DNA of 64,000 bases from Stegostoma tigrinum (Eukaryota), in contig NC_081369.1 of assembly GCF_030684315.1 (NCBI RefSeq), forward strand, positions 2,656,689 through 2,720,688, given 5' to 3'. Shown piece by piece: positions 23,801 through 35,110 of this stretch. A program made the translations under genes and the position numbers. Numbering within the stretch: the stretch's first letter is position 1; every line of letters starts with the position of its first letter. A model generated the notes under the pieces. It had not been told where the DNA came from. It ran no database searches and saw nothing but the letters and a program-made list of their open reading frames with translations.

Positions 23801-24920
23801 TACTTGTAACATTTTTTTTTGCTTTGTCACTAACCTGAACTTGTTCCTCCCTAAATAGTTGACACATCTTCCAACTTAAAATATCAGTAATTTACTTCAA
23901 AATGCTTTGAAATTGCGCTGCACCTTGGTGTTCACTTCAGGCTTTAATGCGTTCATTTATTAACATTTAAATGGCCGATTCAAATAATTACCCTCCTTTA
24001 TTCATAAGGGATAAGGGAGGTTCTAAAATTACTTTTCTAATAGCAGTGGTAAGCACATTTGTTCCTTTTCTCCAATTGACTTACTAATTGAACAAGTGTA
24101 ATGTGAGAGAATGTTCTGTCAATACCTGTTTCATACACCCTCCAAATGAAAGATATTAATAAGTTATTTCAAGTAATTGCCACTTTTATAAACTGTACTG
24201 AATACTCAATTTGTAGCAGAATGCAATGAAAAAGAAAGCCGTCTGTCAGAATTCAAAAAGGTAATTATTTAAAATGATACACGCAGCCTTCTCTTCTGCA
24301 TAATTAAAACAATTTGAAGATGAATAAATTTGAAAACAAAAATAACATTTGCTCGTCGTTTTTATGTGTGATGTTCCTGGCAAGAAAACGTTCAGAGTGA
24401 GAAACTATAAAGTTTTGTAATTGTAATGAAATGCTTGCAAAGATTGTGCAACAAGCTCATTGTCCCTGTTAAGAATGTACGTTTGTCTCTTGACGCCAAA
24501 ATAAAATAACCTAATAAGCCAAACATTGACTTTCTAGAGAAAAGAAGAGATGCCTGATGATAAATTGACATATGCTGCTCTTAATCTAGTTGGCTCTGAG
24601 GATGGCATAATGCTGAAACAACAGGAAGAAATCACAGTGTATGCAGAGGTACATTTCAGGTCATATATGTAAATACTCAGTTTATTCATCAGCAAGTGTT
24701 GATCTGGAGATGATATTGAAAATTGCTTTGTATAATTTTCATCTAGAATGATTTAAATAAATGATAATTCAGTCTCAATGTTATTTTTCAGACAAAACAC
24801 AGCATGGCAGACGGCAGACTGACTTACCTTGCTCTGAAATCCAATGATTCCAGTACATCATCAAAATCCAAAAACCAAGAAAAAAGTCCAGTGTATGCAG
24901 CGGTGAAAAGCAGAAACTAA
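17764..24920 (+). CDS. Gene A: inhibitory IgSF receptor, signal peptide-V-C1-TM-ITIM/ITSM tail (SIRP-alpha-like), 356 aa; exons 17764-17818, 18140-18448, 19966-20271, 21751-21864, 22268-22314, 24538-24648, 24792-24920
   Basis: All introns GT-AG with compatible phases (1,1,1,1,0,0); 1071 nt joined with no internal stop; canonical V (C, W, DAGTYHC) and C1 (C, FYP, W, YTCQVYH) motifs; tail motifs LTYAAL, TVYAE, LTYLAL, PVYAAV. Confidence 0.85.
18140..18448 (+). CDS. Gene A exon 2, V-set domain including the G strand
   Basis: AAVGNSAKVNPD...VLMHCTF...AYWWKE...ASLKLLNVTVRDAGTYHCAVAYQKQKLGQAAVQLIVY; gacag| and |gtaagt. Confidence 0.95.
18645..19450 (-). mobile_element. CR1/L2-clade LINE 3' end in intron 2 of gene A
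   Basis: Reverse complement of the family at 990-1926 (ORF 19061..19279 AGQRLGI...PQSLSIICKAQV). Confidence 0.8.
19966..20271 (+). CDS. Gene A exon 3, C1-set domain
   Basis: ALPAPLKIVSVPSEDLFSASLRLQCRTSDFYPKDFNLTWFKNGTKILTGFRNEQLAKPEGLYEVVSTLELREAVESGTAYTCQVYHVSSSFPANASYTVINK; 306 nt, phase 1-1. Confidence 0.95.
20356..20421. repeat. 30-bp tandem duplication (ttgtatgtgataacatcaaaatacagttat)
   Basis: Directly visible. Confidence 0.85.
20640..21205 (+). mobile_element. CR1 LINE 3' end in intron 3 of gene A
   Basis: KLERVQK...EVYKIMTG motif and tail ccatgactctatga. Confidence 0.75.
21751..21864 (+). CDS. Gene A exon 4, transmembrane
   Basis: DFASNISVTVAAGCAAGAFAILILVPMMAKGFLFFTSK; tacag| and |gtatga; phase 1-1. 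Confidence 0.85.
22268..22314 (+). CDS. Gene A exon 5, juxtamembrane cytoplasmic
   Basis: GRETKNSRNPTQQEDG; strong polypyrimidine acceptor, |gtgagg donor; phase 1-0. Confidence 0.75.
24538..24648 (+). CDS. Gene A exon 6, ITIM exon 1
   Basis: RKEEMPDDKLTYAALNLVGSEDGIMLKQQEEITVYAE; tttctag| and |gtacat; phase 0-0. Confidence 0.85.
24792..24920 (+). CDS. Gene A exon 7, ITIM exon 2 and stop
   Basis: TKHSMADGRLTYLALKSNDSSTSSKSKNQEKSPVYAAVKSRN*; tttttcag| acceptor. Confidence 0.85.
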   Translation, partial: TKHSMADGRLTYLALKSNDSSTSSKSKNQEKSPVYAAVKSRN

Positions 24921-25825
24921 ATTGGGGAAACAAAAATACTCATAAAAGATAGAAGCACACAATATATCACTGAGACTTTTATGCTTTTTATCAATTTTAG
25001 GCTGTTGTTTTCCTCATGTAAGTCTGGCATAATTTTGCAAAACTGTTGAATAATTTCTTCCCTTCAAGTAATGTCACCTGGATCTACTTTGTTTTAGCTC
25101 GAACAGTTACAACTAAAACTCGCAATTCAATTACTTCCAATTGTCAAGGATCTCCTTATTCCCTTTAAATCTGCACAAAGTTTGACATAATAATCATTAA
25201 AATTATTTTCGAGAATATTTTCTGTGGTTGTATGCCATCAGGTATTTATAATTCCATTTGTACTATGTGACAAATTCTCACAAGGTTTCTTTCAGTTAAT
25301 TGTCTTTAACTTGTTTATATTTCACTGTCTTTTCTGGCATGAATTGATACTTCATTCTGCTTTCATTGTGCCAGTAGTTTTAATCCTGTTTGTCCTCTTG
25401 CTGTTCCTGTGAAAATGTTTGTGTGCTTTTCCATATTGAGAAAGCTAAAGAGATGTGATTGCTAATCTGCATGACATTATGATGGTTCATTTTGCTTAGT
25501 TAATTTGCTGAAGTTAATAATTGGCAGTTTCTTCTTCTTGGGCAGCTGGAAAGAGAAACAGTTAGATTAATTGGAACAGTTAAAATTTTAGGGGATCTTG
25601 ACAAGATCCTTCCATGGGAACATTAGCACTAGGAACCATGGTTTAAAAAAAAATCAGAGGTTGACCCTTTAAAACAGCATTACACATGTACTTGTTTCAG
25701 AAGTCGAGGAGTTTTTGGAACACTCTTTCTCAAAAGATCGTGGAAGCAAGGCTCTTGAATATTTTAACGTCATAGATTGATAGATTCTGATGGAGAACAG
25801 AGGTGAAATGTTATCGGGGTAATGT

Positions 25826-26710
25826 TTGAATGTGCGATATTCCTCCCCTCTTTTATCCGCCTTCCGCAGGGACCATTCACTCCGGGACACCCTGGCCCAT
25901 ACTTCCTTCGCCCCCAACACATCCCCACAGCCCCACCGTGTAACTGGTGATGGCGCAACACCTGCTCATTTACCCCCCCCCCCCACTCCCCAGTATCCAA
26001 GGGCCCAAACATACCTCCCAGGTGAAGCAACGCTTCATCTGTACTTCCACGAATCTAGTCTCTGGCATTTGCTGCTCACAATGTGGTGTCCTCTACATTG
26101 GGGAAGCAAAGCGTAGACTTGGCGACGTGTACGTTCTGCTTGCAAAAAGACCCTGAACTACCTGTTACCTGCCACTTCAATGCACCACCCTACTCCCTGG
26201 CCAACATCTGTCTCCCGCTAGCGACAGTGTTCCAGTGAAGCCCAGCACAAGCTGCAGGAACAACACCTAATTTTCTGCTTGGTGACCCTACAACCCTCCG
26301 AGCTCAATATTGGGATCAATAATTTTAGGGCCCAACTCTCCCATGTACCAGACCACACCCACACACCAGACCTTGTTACCACATAGCTTGCCATTACACA
26401 GCCTCTATTGTTCATCACTAACAGTCCCCATTAACACCTATTCAACCTCCCAGCCTTATCGTTAGCAACTCCGCTGTCTGTTGAACTGTCTTTCTCTCTG
26501 TTTGGAATTTATTCTCTCATTTACTCCCTACTCCAGCCAGCTTCCTTTTTTCCGTGTATAAACCGACGTTTTCCCAGCCACCATCAGTTCTGAAAAAGCG
26601 TCACCGGACCTGAAACATTAACTCAGTTTTCTCCTCCACTGATGTTGCCAGACCTGCTGAGATTTTCCAGCAATTATGTTTTTGTTCCTGATTTTCAGCA
26701 TTCGCAGTTC
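25826..26710 (+). mobile_element. Penelope-like element 3' part (second family)
   Basis: ORF 25947..26156 QRFICTSTNLVSGICCSQCGVLYIGEAKRRLGD (GIY-YIG); terminal repeat with degenerate ctgaaaa...gaaac motif. Confidence 0.8.
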
Positions 26711-28080
26711 TTTTGGTATTTAAGGTTTTCTTGGGGCCTGCGATGGGGGTGAGGGGACGGTGTAGGAGCAGGTGTAGCACTTCCTGCAGTTGCAGGGAAA
26801 AGTGGCAGGGTTGGTGGGGCTGGTGGGGAGTGTGGAGCAGACAAGGAAGTCACAGAGAGAGTGGTCCCTCCATAAGGCAGATAAGGGTGGGGAGGGAAAA
26901 TGTCTTTGGTAGTGGGGTCAGATTGCATGTGGCGAATGTGCTGGTGGATGATGTGTTGAGTCCGGAAGTTTATGGGGTGGTATGTGAGGATGAGGTGGAT
27001 TCTGTTTTGATTGTTATTCTGGCAGGGGGGGGGGTGTGAAGGATGAGTTGAGGGAAACACAAGAGATGTGGTCAAGGGCATTTTCAGCCACTGTGGAGGG
27101 GATGTTGTGGTCCTTGATAAATGAGGACATTTGGGATGTTCAGGAATGGAATGCCTCAACTTGGGAGCAGATGCAGTGGAGACGAAAGAACTGGGAATAG
27201 GGGATGGCATTTTTGCATGAAGCTGGGTGAGAGGAGATGTTTCTTGGTAGCTGTCGGAGTCCGTAGACTTGAAATAGATATTGGTTTCCAGGTGGTTGCC
27301 AGAGATGGAAACAAAGAGGTCCAGGAAGGACAGAGAGGTATCGGAGATGATCCAGGTGAACGTAAGGTTGGGATGGAATGTGTTAGTGAAGTGGACGAAC
27401 TGTACGAGCTCCTTGTGGGAGCTCAAGGTGGTGCCGATGCAGTCATCAGTATAACAGAGGAAGAGGTGGGGTTTAGGGCCAGTGTAGCTTTGGGAGAGAG
27501 ATTGTTCCACGTAACCTACAAAGAGGCAGGAACAGCTTGGGCCCGAGCAGGTACCCGTGGCCACCCACTTTGTCTGTAGAAAGTGGGAGTCATTGAAGGA
27601 GAAGTTGTTAACACGGAGGACGAGTTTGGATAAGCGGACAAGGTGTAAATGGAGGGGGATTGGTCAGGCCGGCGGGAGAGGAACAAGTGGAGGGCCTTTA
27701 GACCATCTGTATGGGTAATGCAAGGATATAGGGACTGAACGTCGATGGTGAACATGAGATGTTGGGAACCTAGGATTTGGAAGTTCTGGAGGAAGTGGAG
27801 AGTGTGGGTGGTGTCACGGATGTAGGTGGCAAGTTCCTGGACCGGGAGTGGGGGGAGAAAATGCAGTCAAAATAAATGGAGCTAATTTTGGTGGGGCAGG
27901 AGCAGGCGGAGACAATGGGTCGACCAGGGCAGCCAGGTTTGTGGATCTTGGGCAGGAGATAGAAATGGGGGTTTGGGGTTGGGGAACGATGAGGTTGGAG
28001 GCTGTGGGTGGGAGTTTATCTGAGCTGATGAATTTGCGGATGATCTGGGAGGTGATGTTTTGTTGGTTGAGGGTGAGGCC
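26711..28080 (-). mobile_element. Penelope-like element RT region
   Basis: FTIDVQSLYPCI, MATGTCSGPSCSCLFVGYVE, LCYTDDC, FTNTFHPNLTFTW: Penelope RT motifs, frameshifted. Confidence 0.9.
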
Positions 28081-28280
28081 AATATCTATTTGCTTAACAC
28101 TCAGATGTTAGAATGTTAATATACGCTTGAATTCTGAATAAAAAAAAACAGCTGCTTTTGAGCTTTGATTTTGGGATTCTATTTCGACTTACATTGTGCT
28201 GTGGTGAATGTACAATGAAAGGTTATTTTCGCCTCTCACTGATCCTGGTCATCTGGTTCTTTGAACGCGATCTCACAATT

Positions 28281-28298
28281 TGGCGTAGTCAGCAGGAT
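28281..28298 (+). promoter_or_regulatory. Primer-binding site, tRNA-Ser
   Basis: tggcgtagtcagcaggat, 3 nt after the LTR end (ctcaca); matches the complement of the vertebrate tRNA-Ser 3' end (TGGCGTAGTCGGCAGGAT) at 17 of 18 positions. Confidence 0.85.
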
Positions 28299-31200
28299 GC
28301 TGGAGACACTGTCAAACTTGACTGGTCATGGACACTAGCAGGAGGTAAGCAGCATCGTTCTGTGTCGTGATCTAGTCCCTGAAAGCATCCCGAACCTCTC
28401 AGGAGTGGGCTATCATTTTGGACCCCCCCCCCCCACGCCTTCAGCTAGAAGGCTCAAATTTGGCTGAAACAGGTCTAGGACAAAGTGTCCATGGCAAGAA
28501 ATTATCCATAGCGCGTGATTTTCGGTCGTGATATGTGACCCCAGTAAGCTATCTACAACCTCCAAAGGCAGGCCTTCCCCACACCACCCCCAGTACCTGA
28601 CATAACAGAGGCCAAAATGCTGTGGCTGCTACTGCACTACTTTGAAATGCAATTTTCGTTGGTGGAGAGTCTAACTAGAATAGTGCGGAAATATAATGTT
28701 CCAAAAGGACAGTGGTCCCTGGAGGACGTGAAACAGGTTTGGGGAGAAACTACCCGGCAGAAGAACAAGGACTGAGTGAAATGTTCCCGCACATTAATGG
28801 GACAACTCTGCCAAAGAAATGAACTCATGACCCGGTCAGCTCAATACCCAGAAATAAATAAACTCAAAGAATAGGTAAAAGCCATGCACGAGCAACTGCA
28901 GAAGGAGAGAATCAAACGAGAGAAAGCTAAAGTTAAAAATCAGGAGCTTGTGCAGCAGAACAGGAAACTGAAAGATGAACTGACAGTTTTGTCAGTTTCT
29001 TCGCTGGCTCCAAAAACAATTCCGAGTCTCTACCCAACCACCTGAGATATCCAGGAAGTGATTAAATGAACCAAAGCTATAAGAGTTATAGCTCTTAAAA
29101 TTGAGGAATCCTCTAGCAGTGACAGTGATGAAGACTACACACTCCCCAACACCGTTTTTACAGCCCCTTAAACCAAAAAAAAGGTAAAACCCGAGAAATT
29201 AGTGAGGCAAAAAATAGAGGATGGCAGGGAGGTAGATGTTCCAATGAAGCAAACCGAAAACCACATTGCCCATATGCCTGCGACTCTTGACAACATTCAC
29301 AGGTGGTCTAGAGAAATGCCTCACCCAAAGAAAGGACTGATGAAAACCTGGGAAAGCCTAGGCTGGTTTAGGGAAATATATCTGCTCCATCCCTGGGAAG
29401 GGGTACAATTCCGGACTGTTATAGTCACCAACAGAGAGGGACGTCGCCTCCAAGAGGCAGTGAAACATGAATCCGAGCAGAATCTACAAGCTGGCTGGAC
29501 AGCAATAGGACAGAGCTACAGGGATTTAGTCCACCTAAAACCAATTGGACAAAGGTCACTGCCTGCTGCCAAAAAGCCGCTGAGGAAGTCTCCAAATCAG
29601 AGGAAATGTTTTGGACAACCTGGAAGGAATATGCAGGGGTCCCAAATGTAAAGGGTGAAAAAGATTTCGAAAACTGTGACTCCAGCCCACTTAAATCTAC
29701 CTTTATGGCAGGACTCAAATCAGGGCTCGCTAAGATGCTGAAACTCACTAAACTGGATTGGGACCAAACACTATGAGCTGATTGTCCGAGCCCACCAGCT
29801 GAAATGGGAAATGGCAGCTCAGGTGCAAGCCATGTAGACAAGAGAAATAAGACGGACCCCTGGTAGCCCCGAAACAACCCAGGACAGATGCCCAGGGAAA
29901 TTTTATGCCTGTAGGAAGGAGGGTCCGGGTCCAAGAATCATTGGCACAGGGGGAAATGACAGAGCCCTCACCCCCCACCACCACCACCAAACCACCAACC
30001 CCCCCCCCCCCCCCCCCACCCCGGCAAGAGCCCTGAGAAAGAGAAACTCCAGTGGCAGGAAATAATCCCAACCTCCCAGAACAGTTCAAAAGGCTGTACG
30101 TCCAACAGCAGCAGGAACTGCTGGATTTGACAAATATCTAAGTGACCCCACTTTATCCCCTCCAAGCTCCTACCAGCTTTTTGCCAGCAGAGAGGAGACA
30201 GACTGTACGTGACCATGAAGGTGGATGACTTAGACATTAAGTGTCTCTTGGACACTGGAGCAGAATAACATGCCTTCCCTTGAAGTATGAAGCCAATCTC
30301 CCACTAGACAGGACAGGAAAGACAGCCTATGGAGCAGGAGCTGACAGGATTGAAATAAAGAAAACAAATTCGATAAACATTGCATTTGACCCCCACGAAC
30401 TGGTAATCTGTGTGTGGGTAGGACCTGTAGCTCAACCACTCCTCGGGCTGGATATCGTTTCACAATTAAATTCATCCCTACACTTCAATGATGGACAGTT
30501 GAGGTGGCCTATTAGAACCCCACAGAGGGAAGATTTAGAGGACCGCCCCGTCTGGGCAAAAGACAAAGATGATTGCAGGTTACTAGAAATGGGACCTGAA
30601 ACATTCACAGGGATACCTTGCACCAACAGTAATCCCATCAGCCCAATGTCAATTACAGGAGTCTTCCCAATATTTCAAAGACATGAGGAAAGGGGAATTC
30701 TGGTTAAAGCACACAGCACTGTGGAAGCCCAGGAGAATACGTGGGCAGATCAAGCAGCTAAAAGAGCTGCCTCCAATCATTTCTGCCAAGAGCATCAAAT
30801 GCACTTCTGTCGGCTCAACACTGGGACAACAATCAAGATCTCTAATCAATGCAGAGTGAGTGTTCCCGAAAAGAAAAATGGGACTGGATTGAGAATGGAC
30901 CCAAGTTATGTGAAGATGGAATTTGGAGGCGAGAGTCGAATTGCCCAATTGCACCCACTGCCGTGATGTCATATCTGGTGCAACAAATTCACTCCTGGAC
31001 AATTTGGAACTGGAACACATGACAGCCTGGTTCCAAGGCAGCTGGTGGGGACAAGGCTTTAAAAGGTATGCTCAGGCCATAGTAGACCAAAATCAAGACT
31101 CAAAATCAACCAAAGTTCCCCAGCTGAAAGCACCAGCACCCCCAGGCCCATTCCAACACTTACAGGTTGAGTATTTCTTGCTGCCACGCTGTGCAAGGAT

Positions 31201-32036
31201 TTTCAGACATGCTGGTCATTGTGGATAGGTTCTCTAGATAGATGGAAGCTACACCCACAAGAAAGGCCACTGCCAACCACACAGCCAAGGTATGGTGTAG
31301 GGACTACATACCCCAATGGGGAGTATGCCCCAGCACTGACTCAGACCAGGGGACCCATTTCACAGGAACAGCATATCAGGTGGTCTGCCGATTATTCAGA
31401 ATTGAGTGGAATTTTCACTGTCCCTATCATCCTCAATTCAGGGCAGGTGGAAAGGATGATCCAGACCCTTAAACAAAGGCTGGCTCAATACCACCAGGAA
31501 GGGTTACCCTGGCCAAAGGCATTACAAATGTTGCTGTGTAGTGTCAGGGCTACTCCCAACAAAACAACAGGCCTGAGCCCATTTGAGATAGCGACAGGCA
31601 GGCTAATGTCCCGACCCTGGACAATAGACCTGCGAGAGGGCGACTATCATCTTATGAATGATGCCCTAATGTCATAGTGTCAGGCACTAACCGATAAGTT
31701 CTGCTTCCTCATAGGTATTGGCTTCCTGGACGGACCCACCAGAGGGAGGGTATGACATCGTACCAGGCATGTAGGTACTCGTGAAGAAGGCCCACAAGGA
31801 ACCATTCTATACCAAGGTGGCGTACTTGGCACTACTGAACGCCCAGTCAGCTGTCAAGGTTCAGGGAAAGAAAGCCTGGACTCATGCCTCGCATATCAAA
31901 TGGACATCTTGCAAAATAGAAGAAGCAGAGTCTGAATAGACACCATGACACCCTGAAATTATTGCCAACTTTACATGGTACAATGGCACTTATTTCATTT
32001 GTGGTCTTAAAGCATACACATGGCTCCCTGACTGTC

Positions 32037-32168
32037 AGTGATAATGGGAACTGCAGATGCTGGAGAATACAAGATAATAAAGTGTGAAGCTGGATGAACA
32101 CAGCAGGCAAAGCAGCATCTCAGGAGCACAAAAGCTGACGTTTCGGGCCTAGACCCTTCATCAGAGGG
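32037..32168 (-). mobile_element. Solo Penelope terminal repeat (with hammerhead motif) inserted in the ERV env
   Basis: 11-bp TSD ccctgactgtc at 32026-32036 and 32169-32179; contains gacgtttcgggcctagacccttcatcag. Confidence 0.9.
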
Positions 32169-32439
32169 CCCTGACTGTCGGCAATTTTCATGCTACCTTG
32201 GGTATGTGGTCCCACACATATAACACTCTGCTAAATTGCCCAGCCTGAGATTCAAAAGAACAATCTCTGATTCCCAGAACGGAAACTGTATATCCACAGC
32301 CTCCTTCAACATCTCAGAGACCCCAGGGGATTTTGAGATTCTATTTCGCCTTACATTGTGCTGCTGCGAATGTAGAATAAAGAGGCTATTTTGCCACTCA
32401 CCGATCCTGGTCATCTGGTTCTTTGAATGTGATCTCACT

Positions 32440-33225
32440 CAAGATTGTGTGAAGTGCAGATAAATCACTGCTTCACCTGGAAGGTGTGTTGGGGCATTGG
32501 ATAGTGAAGGGGGAGGGAATAAATGGGCAGGTACGATACATTCTGCGATTTCAGTGAAAGGTGCTGGTGGGGGGTTGGGGGGGGGGATGAGATCAGCGGA
32601 TGCTAGGAGTGGACCAAGGTGTTCCATAGGGAAAGGTCCCCGCACAAGGCTGACACGGCAGGGGAAGGGAATATGTATCTGATTATTGTATCCCACTGGA
32701 GGTGGCAGAAATGGTGGTAAATGATCCTTTGGATGTGCATGAGGGTGGAATGATAAGTGAGGACCAGGGGGACTCAGGCTTTCTGCACTGCTCCAGTGAA
32801 GCTCAGCACAAGCTGGAAGAATAGCATTTCATTTTCTACTTGAGGACCCTGCAGCCTTTGTGACTCAATGTTGTAATCAGTAATTTTCAGGTTTAAATAC
32901 CATTTCCCATGCCCTTACCCTAACCCTCACAAACCAGGGCTTGTCATCACATGGGCTGCTGACGCTTGTCAGTGAAGAATGGTCCTCATTACCAGGTATT
33001 GATTCTCTCAGGCTGACCTTTACCCACTCCTTTCTTTTTTCAACTTCTGTTCTCTGTCTCTGGGCTCCAACTCCACTCACCGTTTATTCCTCCCCAACTC
33101 ATCCACAGCAGATATACCAACTTTTTCCTAAGTACGTTCTGTTCTGAAGAAGAATCACTGGGCACGAACTGGTCATTCTGCTTTCTGTTCTACAGATTTT
33201 GCCAGATCTGCTGAGTTTTCCCCAG
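32440..33225. mobile_element. Penelope-like fragment with internal inversion
   Basis: 32440-32775 is minus-strand IPFPC../GIY-YIG-upstream sequence; 32785-33225 is a plus-strand endonuclease end and tail of the 25.8-kb family. Confidence 0.65.
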
Positions 33226-34104
33226 CAAACAATGCAATTTTTATGGAATATTCATTGTTTGGGATTCCGTAACACCAATAATAATGGCTAAATTTAAACT
33301 CCGTATATTGACCGAAATAAAATCAGATTGGAGAGAGGTTGAAAAGTTTGGGCATGTACCAACAGGATTTTGTAGAACTCAAAAAATACTTAATTCAAAT
33401 ATCTACAATAGCCTGGGGGCTTCATGCAGTAGTTCCTGCAGACGAGAATTCAGCCAGTTTAAAAATACGAGTCTCATTTTAAGAAGCAGGTGTGATTTTT
33501 TTCCCTCAGTCAGAGGATTGTTTGCCCTTGAAATTTTCTTGCACAGAGAGCAGGACAATTGAATATTTTCAGGCTGCTTCAGATAGTTTCTTGATACAGT
33601 TGGAGCCAATGAATGTAACACGAAAAATTGGAGATTTAGACCACAGTCGGATTAGTTATGATCTCATCAAGTGAGATGGCACAGCCTTGAAGGGAAGAAA
33701 GTTTCATTCCTGCACCTGATTCTCGCGTTCCTATTTCTTACACTCTTTTGTACAACAGCTGTTTGGCAAAGATTATCAAACAACTAAATATGACATGGCT
33801 CATAGATGCTAACATTTGCAGTACAAACAGAACAGCACCCATTCTGCTACAACAAACTATGCCTGGTTTTACTCTACTCCCTCCTTGTTTTTCATGGAAC
33901 CCGTTTGATCACTGTGGTCATGCTTACAAATTCTGTCATGGAGAGATGCTCTTGCAACTGGCAGACTGGTGAGGGTAAATTCACATGTATGTATTTTTCC
34001 CACATATTGAAACATAGCTGAAATGCCTTGTGAATACCCAGTCCTATGCTGTTCATTGTGCAGTGTTTATCTCATCCAATGCCTTTAAAAAGCCACAGAA
34101 AAGA

Positions 34105-35110
34105 ACGTAAGATATCTGATGGGTTTCATATTTTCACTGAGAGGAGGGACAGATTCAGATGACCTGTATTTGCGTTTTACAAATCAGTTACAGCATACAG
34201 CAAAAGAGAACAGCAAAAGAAAATGCAGAAAGGAATATTAGCTTCTACAATTTAAACTTAGAGTGTGCATGTCCCTCCCTTTGATTACTATTGGTCAGCG
34301 ATGCCAAGTTGCCCATCTGTAATTGGCTCTCATCTTGCTAATCCCTGATATGGGCTTGTTGTCCACCCCAGCCATGTTTTCATAGGCTTTATTATCTTCC
34401 TTCACAGTGCTAATTCCCAATTAATTAGATCAGGAACTTTTAAATTTCTCTTTCCAGGGAATACAAAGATGAAATGACAATGGCGGCAGCGGTGGTGGGT
34501 TGGGGGATGGGGGGGGGGGGGGTTGACATTTTTACTGTATGGAAGTGGTTTGAAGACTTTAGTCAATTTTTAGCATATTGTACATTGATTAAGTAACACA
34601 AGAGAACCAATTCCTGCACCTTTGATTTGTTCGCTGTTATGCATAGTGCTGCTATTGTTATCAAATGTTACATGTTGTCATTTATATTCTTGCAAGAATG
34701 ATTGCACATTCAGCAACCTTGCAAAATGTTACTGTCGGCATTAGTTACGGGCAACCCTGACAGATATTTTGTGACTCAGTTATCAGGCAGCCCTAACAAT
34801 CACCCCCTTTGACTCCTCCTTAAGTGAATCACAAAACGCACAGGTATATAGTTTCACACACGAGATTGACTTTTTATACAAGAATGATTGCCTCAGAGGT
34901 TGCTTATGTTTCAGGAGCGGAACATGTGGGTCTATGGCAGAAGCCACCTGGTGGCAACAACATTTGATTAGTAACAACAAACAATACAAAAGGAGAATTA
35001 TTGCAACAAATAACACTGTACCCTGCACCAAATAACATCCCAAGGATCCCAACCAGCTTGTTGTCTACCTCAGGTTCTACACATGAAGCTCCATCTATTT
35101 CTGTCCCACG
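34105..35110 (-). mobile_element. Endogenous retrovirus 2 remnant: env membrane anchor, PPT and 3' LTR
   Basis: SWLGSLGCYLVQGTVLFVAIILLLYCLLLLIKCCC followed by aaagggggtgat|TGTTAGGG (TG at 34798); left LTR boundary uncertain. Confidence 0.55.

Larger units (their letters stand above)
28106..32438 (+). mobile_element. Endogenous retrovirus 1, degenerate and internally deleted: LTR-PBS(Ser)-gag-pro-(RT deleted)-RNase H end-IN-env remnant-LTR remnant
   Basis: Direct repeats 28166-28276 and 32329-32438; protease LLDTGAE at ~30245-30265; VKAH...ENTWADQAAK; integrase GPFQHLQ, DSDQGTHFTG, SGQVERM, RATPNKTTGLSPFE; env NGTYFICGLKAYTWLP; left boundary uncertain. Confidence 0.85.
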
